64,000 nt of DNA, taken from the NCBI GenBank assembly GCA_021819525.1, contig JAKAQW010000001.1:68-64067 (forward strand). Direction: 5' to 3'. The position numbers and the translations under genes are program-made. The notes under the pieces were generated by a model. The model was not told where the DNA came from. It did no database searches and saw only the letters and a list, made by a program, of their open reading frames with translations. This DNA comes from Actinomycetes bacterium. GTDB taxonomy: Bacteria > Actinomycetota > Acidimicrobiia > Acidimicrobiales > UBA8190. Within the stretch, counting starts at the first letter, position 1. Every line of letters begins with the position of its first letter. Below, piece after piece: positions 53,795 through 62,340 of this stretch.

Positions 53795-55129
53795 ATGCAC
53801 TTGTGGAGCCGTCGTCGGCAACCGAACGACATCACCGACCGACCGCGAGGACCTACCGCGCGGAGCAAGAGGAGGTCGGCGCTTGTAGCTGCCGTCGGCG
53901 TCGGGCTGGTCGCAACTGCATGCGGGAGCAGCAGCCCTGCCCCCAGCGCGAGCGCACAGGTGCCGCTCAGCGCCAAGCAGACGATCGTGTTCTCGACCCA
54001 GGGGTTGGGGTTGGAGGGCCAGGCCACGAAAGCAGCGGTGAAGGCCTTCGAGAAGGCGAACCCCAATATCACGGTGCAGATCCAGACGCTGTCATCGAGC
54101 TCGAACGTGGCGCTCGAGCAGCAGCAGCAGGCCTTCATGGCAGGAGCGAGCACACCGGACGTGCTCAACGTCGACGTCATCCGGCCGGCCGAGTACGCGA
54201 AACCCAAGTGGATCTTGAAGCTCAACAAGTTCCATCCGAACACCGCGAACTTCTTCCCAGGGCAGATGGCCTCGGGTGAGTACAAGGGCGGGATCTACGC
54301 GATCCCGTGGTTCATGAACGCCGAGGGCCTGTTCTACCGGACCGATCTGATCAAGACCCCGCCCAAGACGATCTCCCAGCTCATCGCCGATGCCAAGCAT
54401 GCCATGGCGGTAGACCCGTCCCTCAAGATGGGCCTGGCATTCGAGGGCGCCAAGTACGAGGGCGCGGTGACCGCTTTCCAGAGCATGGGTGGGCAGTTCA
54501 CCGCGTCGAACCTGTCCAACATCAACACGTCGGCGAACAGGGCAGTGCTGCAATTCGAGTACGACGCCATCAACAAGTACAAGATCACACCTTCGGCGGC
54601 GTCGACTTGGGAGGAGCCCAACGTCCAGAGCGCGTGGCTGGCCGGGCAGACGCCGTTCGCCCTGAACTGGCCGTACTTGGTGCAGCTCTCGGAGGCCAAA
54701 GGCTCGCTCGTCGCCGGTAAGACAGGATGGGTGCCGTTCCCGAGCGTCTGGGGCGGGTCGCCACAGGCCTCGCTCGGTGGCTCGGACCTGGTGATCAACG
54801 CCAGGAGCGTGCACCAGGCAGCGGATTGGAAGTTCATCTCCTATCTCACCAGCAACAGTGCGCAGATCGCCCGCGCTGTCTTCAGTGGAGATCCTCCGTC
54901 GGTGAAGTCCGCTTATAACTCCACCCTGTTCGCCAAGGCTCCCTACTTCAAGATGGAGCCGGCGGTGTACAACGCAGCGGTCTCCCGACCGGTCACTCCG
55001 GTGTACGCGTCCATCTCGAGTCAGATGCAGACGCTGATCTCGTCGGTCATCACCGGCCAGGAGAGCCCTGCTGCGGGACTGGCGGCGACGGCGCCAGTCG
55101 TGAAGCAGCTGGCGGCAACCGGAGGTTGA
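53795..55129 (+). CDS. sugar ABC transporter substrate-binding lipoprotein (CUT1 family)
   Basis: ATG 53795 follows GGGGGAGGG. The signal peptide has the lipobox LVATAC. The mature part is typical of family-1 extracellular solute-binding proteins (IPWFMNAEGLFYRTDL, LNWPY). Confidence 0.88.
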   Translation: MHLWSRRRQPNDITDRPRGPTARSKRRSALVAAVGVGLVATACGSSSPAPSASAQVPLSAKQTIVFSTQGLGLEGQATKAAVKAFEKANPNITVQIQTLSSSSNVALEQQQQAFMAGASTPDVLNVDVIRPAEYAKPKWILKLNKFHPNTANFFPGQMASGEYKGGIYAIPWFMNAEGLFYRTDLIKTPPKTISQLIADAKHAMAVDPSLKMGLAFEGAKYEGAVTAFQSMGGQFTASNLSNINTSANRAVLQFEYDAINKYKITPSAASTWEEPNVQSAWLAGQTPFALNWPYLVQLSEAKGSLVAGKTGWVPFPSVWGGSPQASLGGSDLVINARSVHQAADWKFISYLTSNSAQIARAVFSGDPPSVKSAYNSTLFAKAPYFKMEPAVYNAAVSRPVTPVYASISSQMQTLISSVITGQESPAAGLAATAPVVKQLAATGG

Positions 55130-55215
55130 CAGCGAAACCACTCCCCGCTCCTGCGGTGCCACCCGCCAAGGAGCGGGGAGCACCGCGGGCAGCAAGGGGC
55201 AGGCAGGGCTCCACC

Positions 55216-56094
55216 ATGCTCGCTTCGGACCGCCGGCTCGGCTATGCGCTGGTCGCGCCGACCGTCATCGTGCTGGTCGTGATCACCGGCTACCCGCTGG
55301 CCTACAACCTCTGGAACTCGTTCCACCACTACGTCGTCACCAGCGGTCAGCCGGCCACCTTCAATGGATTGGCGAACTACGCCCGCCTGTTCCATGGCCA
55401 GAGCTTCCTGCCAGCTCTGGAGAACACCGCAGGGTTCACGGTCGTCTCGGTGGTCCTGGAGACCGCGATAGGCCTCGCCCTCGCCCTCGCCCTCAACCGG
55501 CCATTTCGTGGTCGAGGTGCCGTTCGTGCGGCTGTGTTCATTCCCTGGGCTGTTCCGACCGTCGTCTCGGGCATGCTCTGGAAGTCCATGTTCGACCCCC
55601 AGCAGGGGTTCGTCAACTACGTGCTGAGAGTGCTCCACTTGCCGGGGGGACACGTCACATGGCTCGCCAACACCGGGACTGCCTGGGGAGCGATCCTCGT
55701 CGCGGATGCCTGGCGCAACACGCCGTTCATGGCCATCTTGCTGCTCGCCGGACTGCAGGTGATCCCCTCTGAGATCTACGAGGCGGCCCGCATCGACGGG
55801 GCTACCGCCTGGCAGTCGTTCCGGCGGATCACCCTGCCCATGCTCAAGCCCGCTCTCATGGTGGCGTTGATCTTCCGTACGCTGTCGGCGTTCCTCATCT
55901 ACGACGTCGTCTACGCCATGACGAGCGGAGGGCCTGGGAGCTCGACCGACGTCCTCTCCTATCTGGACTGGAGAGCGTTCCTCGTGCAATCTGACTTCGG
56001 GTATGGAGGAGCCGTGGCCGTGTTCTTGATCATTGTCTGCCTGGCGATCGCGGCTGCGTACGTCCGGGCCTTTCGTGTCGAGACCGTGCGATGA
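55216..56094 (+). CDS. sugar ABC transporter permease (MalF/UgpA-like)
   Basis: MLASDRRLGYALVAPTVIVLVVITGYPLAYNLWNSF... with the EAA loop IYEAARIDGATAWQSFRRITLPMLKP. The ORF is open from 55126, and ATG 55216 is chosen. Confidence 0.88.
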   Translation: MLASDRRLGYALVAPTVIVLVVITGYPLAYNLWNSFHHYVVTSGQPATFNGLANYARLFHGQSFLPALENTAGFTVVSVVLETAIGLALALALNRPFRGRGAVRAAVFIPWAVPTVVSGMLWKSMFDPQQGFVNYVLRVLHLPGGHVTWLANTGTAWGAILVADAWRNTPFMAILLLAGLQVIPSEIYEAARIDGATAWQSFRRITLPMLKPALMVALIFRTLSAFLIYDVVYAMTSGGPGSSTDVLSYLDWRAFLVQSDFGYGGAVAVFLIIVCLAIAAAYVRAFRVETVR

Positions 56095-57020
56095 GCGCTC
56101 TTTCGGCGCCCCAGAGCACCGGTGCTCCAACGCATGTCGCGACTCCGGACGTAGCTCCGCGCCTTCGCCGTCCCCCGGGAAAGATCGCGCTCAGGATCGC
56201 GTTCGCCCTGCTCATCGTGATCTTCGTCGTCGGTATGCTGTTTCCTTTCTACTGGATCATCATCACCTCCCTGAAGAGCCCGGCTGCGCTGAACCGGGGC
56301 ACCAGGAGCGTCCTGCCCAGCGCGCACCTCACGCTCGGCGCGTACCGGACCGACCTCCTCATGACCTCGGTGACAGGCGTCAACTTCGGCCGGGCGCTGC
56401 TCAACAGCGTCGGCATCGGGTTGTGCGTCGTCGCAGTTACCGTCGTCCTCACGACCATGGCAGGGTATGCCCTTTCGCGGACACGGATCCGCGGCAAGAA
56501 GAGCATTCTCGGCTTCGTGCTCATCGCCGGGTTCTTCCCTCCCCTGGCGATGGTGGGGCCACTCTTCCTCACCTACGAGCGGGTGCATCTCCTTGACAGC
56601 TATCCGTCACTGATCATCACGTACATGGTCTACACGCTGCCGCTCGCGACGTGGTTCCTCGCCAACTTCTTCTCCCAGATCCCGCACCAGCTCGAGGAGG
56701 CCGCGCTGGTCGATGGGGCGACCAGGTTGCAGGCGTTGCGGAAAGTGATCCTGCCCGTTGCCGCGCCGGGGATCTTTACCGTGGCCATCCTCTCGTTCAT
56801 CCTCTCCTGGAACGATTTTGCTTTCTCGGTCAGCTTCATCAACACGCCGAACATGTTCACGGCCCCACTTGCCCTGATGGGTCTGGGGCAAAGTCAGTAC
56901 CAGGTGTTCTACAACCGGATCGATGCCGCCGTCGTCATGATCACGTTGCCCGTGGCCTTGCTCGTGATCTTTGCGCAGCGTCGGATCGTCTCCGGACTGA
57001 CCGCCGGTGCACTCAAGTAG
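56091..57020 (+). CDS. sugar ABC transporter permease (MalG/UgpE-like)
   Basis: The ATG overlaps the upstream stop (ATGA). Product contains FPFYWIIITSLKSP and the EAA loop LEEAALVDGATRLQALRKVILPVAAPG. Confidence 0.9.
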   Translation: MSALSAPQSTGAPTHVATPDVAPRLRRPPGKIALRIAFALLIVIFVVGMLFPFYWIIITSLKSPAALNRGTRSVLPSAHLTLGAYRTDLLMTSVTGVNFGRALLNSVGIGLCVVAVTVVLTTMAGYALSRTRIRGKKSILGFVLIAGFFPPLAMVGPLFLTYERVHLLDSYPSLIITYMVYTLPLATWFLANFFSQIPHQLEEAALVDGATRLQALRKVILPVAAPGIFTVAILSFILSWNDFAFSVSFINTPNMFTAPLALMGLGQSQYQVFYNRIDAAVVMITLPVALLVIFAQRRIVSGLTAGALK

Positions 57021-57082
57021 CCAGAGCTCAGATCGCCCGAGCTCGATCAGCCCGAGAGAACTGTCGGTTACCAGGGGGAGTC

Positions 57083-58237
57083 ATGGCGAACGTCAGTCTG
57101 GAGCGCATCACCAAGATCTACAACAACGACTTCGAGGCGGTGCACCAGATCGACCTCGAGATCGCCGACGGCGAGTTCATGGTGCTCGTCGGCCCCTCGG
57201 GGTGTGGCAAGACGACGGTCCTGCGCATGGTTGCCGGCCTCGAAGAGATCACCTCCGGCATTCTCCGGATAGGCGACCGAGTGGTCAACAACCTCAGCCC
57301 GAAGGACCGCGACATCGCCATGGTATTCCAGAACTACGCCCTCTACCCTCATATGACGGTCGGCGAGAACATCGGGTTCGGCCTGAAGATGCGCAAGCTC
57401 GGGAAGGACGAGATCCAGCGCAAGGTGAGAGACGCCACCGCCATTCTCGGGCTCGACGACTGGATCGACCGCAAGCCGGGCCAGCTGTCAGGCGGCCAGC
57501 GCCAACGGGTTGCCATGGGACGGGCTATCGTCCGCGATCCGTCGGTGTTCTTGATGGACGAGCCACTGTCCAACCTGGATGCCAAGCTGCGAGTCCACAT
57601 GCGGGCCGAGGTGAGCCGCATCCAGCGTCGACTCGGCGCCCCCACGATGTACGTCACCCACGACCAGACCGAGGCCATGACGATGGGCGACCGAGTGGCG
57701 GTGTTGCTCTCTGGCAACGTGCAGCAGTGCGACGCACCCCAGAACCTTTACGACCACCCGGACAACCTGTTCGTGGCCGCGTTCATCGGTTCCCCGTCGA
57801 TGAACCTCTATGAAGCCCATTTCGCCGACGATGGGACAAGGCTGCTGCTCGGCTCCCAATCGCTCAGTCTGCCTGAGCGGATCCGAGCCGCCCGCCCAGG
57901 GCTCGCCGCCTACTCCGGGAGAAAGATCATCATCGGGCTACGGCCTGAGCACCTTCCACTCGCCGGCCCAGTCGATGACCAGGTCCTCTGCGGCGATGTC
58001 GACCTCGTCGAGGCTCTCGGCAGCGAGCTGCTCGTCCATTTCACGATCGATGCGCAACGGGTGCGCGCTGAGGCCGCCGACGAGGAGGAAGAGGACCAGT
58101 TCGCAGGCCGGGGTGCTGGTGTGGCGCGCGTCGATCCGCGGCTGCCGATCAAACCGGGCGACGCAGTTCGCTTCGCTGTCGATGTCGACCGAATGCAGTT
58201 CTTCGACCCGGCTACCACCAAGGCAATCTGGGCGTGA
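57083..58237 (+). CDS. sugar ABC transporter ATP-binding protein (MalK/UgpC/MsiK-like)
   Basis: ATG 57083 follows GGGGGAG. It has Walker A GPSGCGKTT, the signature LSGGQRQRVAMGRA, Walker B VFLMDEPLSNLD, and a C-terminal regulatory (TOBE-like) domain. Confidence 0.93.
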   Translation: MANVSLERITKIYNNDFEAVHQIDLEIADGEFMVLVGPSGCGKTTVLRMVAGLEEITSGILRIGDRVVNNLSPKDRDIAMVFQNYALYPHMTVGENIGFGLKMRKLGKDEIQRKVRDATAILGLDDWIDRKPGQLSGGQRQRVAMGRAIVRDPSVFLMDEPLSNLDAKLRVHMRAEVSRIQRRLGAPTMYVTHDQTEAMTMGDRVAVLLSGNVQQCDAPQNLYDHPDNLFVAAFIGSPSMNLYEAHFADDGTRLLLGSQSLSLPERIRAARPGLAAYSGRKIIIGLRPEHLPLAGPVDDQVLCGDVDLVEALGSELLVHFTIDAQRVRAEAADEEEEDQFAGRGAGVARVDPRLPIKPGDAVRFAVDVDRMQFFDPATTKAIWA

Positions 58238-58521
58238 GCCGCAAAGGGTAAGTGCAAGGGCGCGGAGCCGCACAGCTCACTGCAGGACAGAGATAGCGCT
58301 GCTCATGGCAGGACACGGACAGCACATCGTGATCCCGAGATGCCGGCGAGGCGGCGGTGCGCGATCCACAGCTCACACACAACCCAGGAAGCTCCACCAG
58401 GGCGATACAGGGGGCTTCGTGCGTGGCCGATGTCGGCTCGCAGCTCGTGGGCTCGACGGACGGATCGCGGCGCGGGAAGACGACGCCGGCGGTTCCCGCA
58501 GCATCGGCTGACGGAGGACGA

Positions 58522-59868
58522 CTACGACCGACCGCGAGGCATGACCCCGGTCCCCCCCGCCTTGTCCTGTGCGTCGCGCACGTCACGCGACACACGCGCT
58601 TCGCCCTCGGAGTCCTCGTCAGCTGCCTCGATCTCGGAGCGCGGCACGCCCAACAGGTACAAGATCGTGTCGAGATAAGGGACGTTGACCGCTGTGTCGG
58701 CGACGTCTCGGACCACGGGCTTGGCGTTGAAGGCGATGCCCAGGCCGGCCCGGGCCAGCATGTCGACGTCGTTCGCGCCGTCGCCGACCGCTACCGTGCG
58801 GGCCAGGGGGATACGGGCCTCTGCGGCGAAGCGCTCGAGCGCGGCAGCCTTGCCTGGCCGGTCCACCACCGGGCCGATCAGGGAGCCGGTGAGATGACCG
58901 TCGATCACCTCTAACGTGTTGGCTGCCACCCGAGCGATCCCCAGCTCGCTCGCCACCGGCTCGATGACCTGCAAGAAACCACCGCTCACCACGGCAGTCA
59001 CGTAGCCGAGCCGTTCGAGGGTCCGGATGAGCGTGCGGGCACCGGGGGTGAGCTCGAGCGAGCGACGGACGTCGTCGAGCACCGACACGGGCAATCCTGC
59101 GAGGAGCGCCACTCGCCGGCGGAGCGCTGCTTCGAAATCGAGCTGCCCGGCCATGGCGGCGGCGGTGATGGCGGCCACGTCACCGGCGCAGCCTGCCCGT
59201 TCGGCCAGCAGGTCGACCACCTCACCGCGGATGAGGGTGGAGTCCACGTCCAGCACGATGAGGTGCCGGGCACGGCGGTGCAGGCCTGCACGCTGCACGG
59301 CTGCGTCCACGTCGATGCGGACGGCGGTGGCTGCCACCAGCCGACGGAGCCGGTCGGGCTCCGCTCCGGCCACTACGAGCTCGTAGCTCTGGACCGGCAC
59401 GGTGGCCAGCTGCACGATGCGCTCCACGTTGCCGCCCGCTGCGCCGATCGCCGAGAACAGCTCGCGCAGCGCGTGGGCGCCGAGGCGGCGGGCCATGACG
59501 GTGACCAGCTGGCGCCCGGTCGTCGACGACGCCAGCTGTACCGACGTGCTCGACACGTCGACCTGGACCCGCCAGGTGGTGGCCACTGGTGCCGTGGCCC
59601 GGCGTACCGTGTCGGCCCGCAAGCCACCCACCACCACGGCCAGCAGGAGCTGTCCCAAGATGTTGACCTGTTCGACGTCGAGGATCTCTCCGCCGCAGGT
59701 GCCCAGCGCAGCGAACAGGTCGGCCGCGATGCCGGGGCGGTCTGGTCCGGACACCGTGACCAGCAAGGGCACTGGGACGGCTGTGCGGGGTCGCACTTCC
59801 GCACCTTCAGGGCTCGGGGGAGTGCGCCGAGCGGGCGACGGTGGGGACTTAGGGCCAGGAAGGCGCAC
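58522..59868 (-). CDS. serB: phosphoserine phosphatase SerB with N-terminal ACT domains
   Basis: HAD motifs LIVLDVDSTLIRGEVVD and AVGDGANDVDML. Two ACT-like repeats lie N-terminal (LLVTVSGPDRPGIAADLFAAL...). The start is GTG 59868 or GTG 59796. Confidence 0.88.
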   Translation of the reverse strand: MRLPGPKSPPSPARRTPPSPEGAEVRPRTAVPVPLLVTVSGPDRPGIAADLFAALGTCGGEILDVEQVNILGQLLLAVVVGGLRADTVRRATAPVATTWRVQVDVSSTSVQLASSTTGRQLVTVMARRLGAHALRELFSAIGAAGGNVERIVQLATVPVQSYELVVAGAEPDRLRRLVAATAVRIDVDAAVQRAGLHRRARHLIVLDVDSTLIRGEVVDLLAERAGCAGDVAAITAAAMAGQLDFEAALRRRVALLAGLPVSVLDDVRRSLELTPGARTLIRTLERLGYVTAVVSGGFLQVIEPVASELGIARVAANTLEVIDGHLTGSLIGPVVDRPGKAAALERFAAEARIPLARTVAVGDGANDVDMLARAGLGIAFNAKPVVRDVADTAVNVPYLDTILYLLGVPRSEIEAADEDSEGEARVSRDVRDAQDKAGGTGVMPRGRS

Positions 59869-59877
59869 GACGCCGGT

Positions 59878-60318
59878 TCAGCAGTCGGCGACGTCGACCG
59901 GCCACGCTCCCGCCGCTGGCGCCGCGGTGCCGGCGGGGGCAGAGATGCCGGCGGGGGCGATGCCGACGGGGGCGGAGATGCCGGCGGGGGCGGAGATGCC
60001 GGCGGGGGCAGAGATGCCGGCGCGGGCGGAGATGCCGGCGCGGGCGGAGATGCCGGCGGGGGCGGAGCTGGGTTTCCCGTTTTGCCCGCTCCGGGTGCGG
60101 CGCGTGGCTTGGCCAGTGGCCACCAACACCTTGATGCACCACCACCGGGGGCGGATGCCGGTGAGCATCCAGGTGAGGACCCGGAAGGCGGCGGTGGCCG
60201 GCGTGGAGAGGCGAAGCGCACGATGTGACAGCGAGCGGTGGAGGTAGACGGTGGTCACCACGAACGCGACTTGGGTGATCAGCAGGCCGACCAGCACCGC
60301 CCCGAGGACGGGCAGCAC
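59878..60318 (-). CDS. hypothetical membrane protein; N-terminal ~60 aa resemble an acyl-CoA desaturase start, so probably a gene remnant
   Basis: VTTVYLHRSLSHRALRLSTPATAAFRVLTWMLTGIRPRWW resembles the start of membrane delta-9-type desaturases. The expected WVAxHRKHH box and the rest of the enzyme are missing. The C-terminal half is encoded by an 18-bp repeat array. Confidence 0.45.
   Translation of the reverse strand: MLPVLGAVLVGLLITQVAFVVTTVYLHRSLSHRALRLSTPATAAFRVLTWMLTGIRPRWWCIKVLVATGQATRRTRSGQNGKPSSAPAGISARAGISARAGISAPAGISAPAGISAPVGIAPAGISAPAGTAAPAAGAWPVDVADC
59931..60071. repeat. 18-bp tandem repeat x8 (one 15-bp unit)
   Basis: GCCGGCG(G/C)GGGC(A/G)GAGAT units run from 59931 to 60071. 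On the minus strand they encode (ISAPAG/ISARAG)n in the 3' half of the desaturase-like ORF. Confidence 0.9.
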
Positions 60319-60535
60319 CGCGCCAGCCTAGCCAAGCTACGACGACGGGTCCTTCGAGGTGGCCGGCGCCGAGGGGCAGGACCTGCTCTGTAGGCCGGGC
60401 ACAGCGAGGGACAGAACCTGGCCCGTGGCCGGCACGGGCGCCAGACCTTGGTCAGACCTCCATGGCCCCCTGACGAGGGCCGCCAGGGCAGATGGGAACC
60501 CGCAGGTCGGGACGGTGTGCGTCCTTGTTCCTCCA

Positions 60536-62131
60536 TCAGAGGCCAGCGCCCACCAACGGTTCGAGGCACCAGTCTGGGTGGTCGCCCGCGAGACGAACCA
60601 GCCGGTAGGGACTCTCGAAGAGGGCCAGCAAGCTGCCGTCGGACCGGGCCAGGATCCGGGTCCCGGGCACCGAGCGAAGCGCGGCGGCGGTGGCCAGGTC
60701 GGTGCGCCGCGCTGCGGAGTAGGCCGACGGCTCCAGCTCGACCGATGCCCCGAACTCGTGGATGAGCCGGTAGGCAGCCACCTCGAACTGCATGGGTCCC
60801 ACGGCGCCGAGGACGGGAGCCGGGTCGCCGCCGGGGTCGGAGAGGACCTGGACGGTGCCTTCCTGCTCCAAGCGCTCGAGACCACGGCGGAACTGCTTGG
60901 CCCGGGAGCTGTCGCGGTTCCGGGCGGTGGCGAACAGCTCGGGGGCGAAGGTCACGAGCCGCGGGAAGGTCACCGGCTCACCGAGGTACAGCGAGTCGCC
61001 GATCCGCAGGTCGCTGGCGTTCACCAGACCGATCACATCCCCGGGGTAGGCGACGTCGACGGTGGCCCGTTCCGCCCCGAACATGGCGGCCGCGTACTTG
61101 GTGGCGAACGGCCGGCCGGTGGTGGCGTGGATCGGGGTGGATCCTCGTTCGAACCGACCCGAGCACACCCGGACGAAAGCGACGTGGTCTCGATGGGCCG
61201 GGTTCATGTTCGCCTGGATCTTGAACACGAAGGCGGAGAACCCGGCGTCGAGCGGCCGGGGCCGGCCGGTGTCGTCGATCCGGGGCCCCGGAGCAGGGGC
61301 CAGGTCCACCACCGCGTCGAGCAGGTGGCGAACGCCGAAGTTGGTGATGGCCGAGCCCACGAACAGCGGGCTCGACTCGCCGGCCAAGAAGGTGGCCCGG
61401 TCGTAGGTGGCGCCTACCTCGTCGAGCAGATGGCAGCCCTCCTCGGCGCGCACCCAGGCGTCGCCCTCCTCGGCACGGGCCCGGGCGGCGGGGATGCGCT
61501 CCTCGTGGGCAGTGGTGGCGCCGTGGGCGGTGCGCAGGAACCGGACCAGATCGCCGTGACGCCGGTCCAGGACGCCGCGGAAGTCGCCTGCGGTGCCGAC
61601 CGGCCACGTGACTGGGGTGGGACGCAGGCCGATCTGTGACTCGATGTCGTCCACCAGCTCGAGCGGGTCGAGCCCGGGCCGGTCGTACTTGTTCAAGAAG
61701 GTGATGACCGGCAGGTTCTGGGCCCGGCACACCTCGAAGAGCTTGCGGGTCTGGGCTTCGATGCCGCGCGCCGAGTCGAGGACCATCACCGCGGCGTCCA
61801 CCGCGGTGAGCACCCGGTAGGTGTCCTCGGAGAAGTCCCGGTGGCCGGGGGTGTCCAGCAGGTTCAGGACGTGGCCTCGATAGGAGAACTGGAGGACGGT
61901 CGAGGTGATCGAGATGCCGCGTTGCCGCTCGAGGGCCATCCAGTCGCTGCGGGCTCGCCGGGCTCCCGCACGAGCCTTCACCGCGCCGGCTTCGGCCACC
62001 GCGCCGCCGTACAGCAAGAACTTCTCGGTGAGGGTGGTCTTGCCGGCGTCAGGGTGGCTGATGATGGCGAACGTTCGCCGTCGAGCGGCTTCGGCGAGCG
62101 TGTCGTCGCCGTCGGATGCTGCTGATGCCAC
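60536..62131 (-). CDS. prfC: peptide chain release factor 3
   Basis: GTG 62131 lies 10 nt after AAGGAG and gives 531 aa. Motifs are RTFAIISHPDAGKTTLTEKFLLYGG, DTPGHRDF and NKYD. The tracked ORF start at 62833 is an extension. Confidence 0.93.
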   Translation of the reverse strand: MASAASDGDDTLAEAARRRTFAIISHPDAGKTTLTEKFLLYGGAVAEAGAVKARAGARRARSDWMALERQRGISITSTVLQFSYRGHVLNLLDTPGHRDFSEDTYRVLTAVDAAVMVLDSARGIEAQTRKLFEVCRAQNLPVITFLNKYDRPGLDPLELVDDIESQIGLRPTPVTWPVGTAGDFRGVLDRRHGDLVRFLRTAHGATTAHEERIPAARARAEEGDAWVRAEEGCHLLDEVGATYDRATFLAGESSPLFVGSAITNFGVRHLLDAVVDLAPAPGPRIDDTGRPRPLDAGFSAFVFKIQANMNPAHRDHVAFVRVCSGRFERGSTPIHATTGRPFATKYAAAMFGAERATVDVAYPGDVIGLVNASDLRIGDSLYLGEPVTFPRLVTFAPELFATARNRDSSRAKQFRRGLERLEQEGTVQVLSDPGGDPAPVLGAVGPMQFEVAAYRLIHEFGASVELEPSAYSAARRTDLATAAALRSVPGTRILARSDGSLLALFESPYRLVRLAGDHPDWCLEPLVGAGL

Positions 62132-62224
62132 CTGCTGTCGCTCTCCTTCGGTGCGCCGGTCCGGAAGATCTCCCCTCCTGGGAGACGACGCCCTGTCGTC
62201 TCCTACGGGGCTCCTCGTCGCAGC

Positions 62225-62340
62225 GGCGCCCGGCACCCTACCTGCGCCCGGCGCCCGGGGCGCGCACCTACCTGCTCGAGCCCGGCGCCCGGCGCCCGGC
62301 GCCCGACACCCTACCTGCTCGAGCCCGGCGCCCGGCGCAC
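62225..62340. repeat. imperfect 31-42-bp repeats x3 with internal (CCCGGCG)n upstream of prfC
   Basis: CACC(C)TACCTGC...GCCCGGCGCCCGG occurs at about 62234, 62265 and 62307, with CCCGGCG x3 at 62281-62301. Confidence 0.8.
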
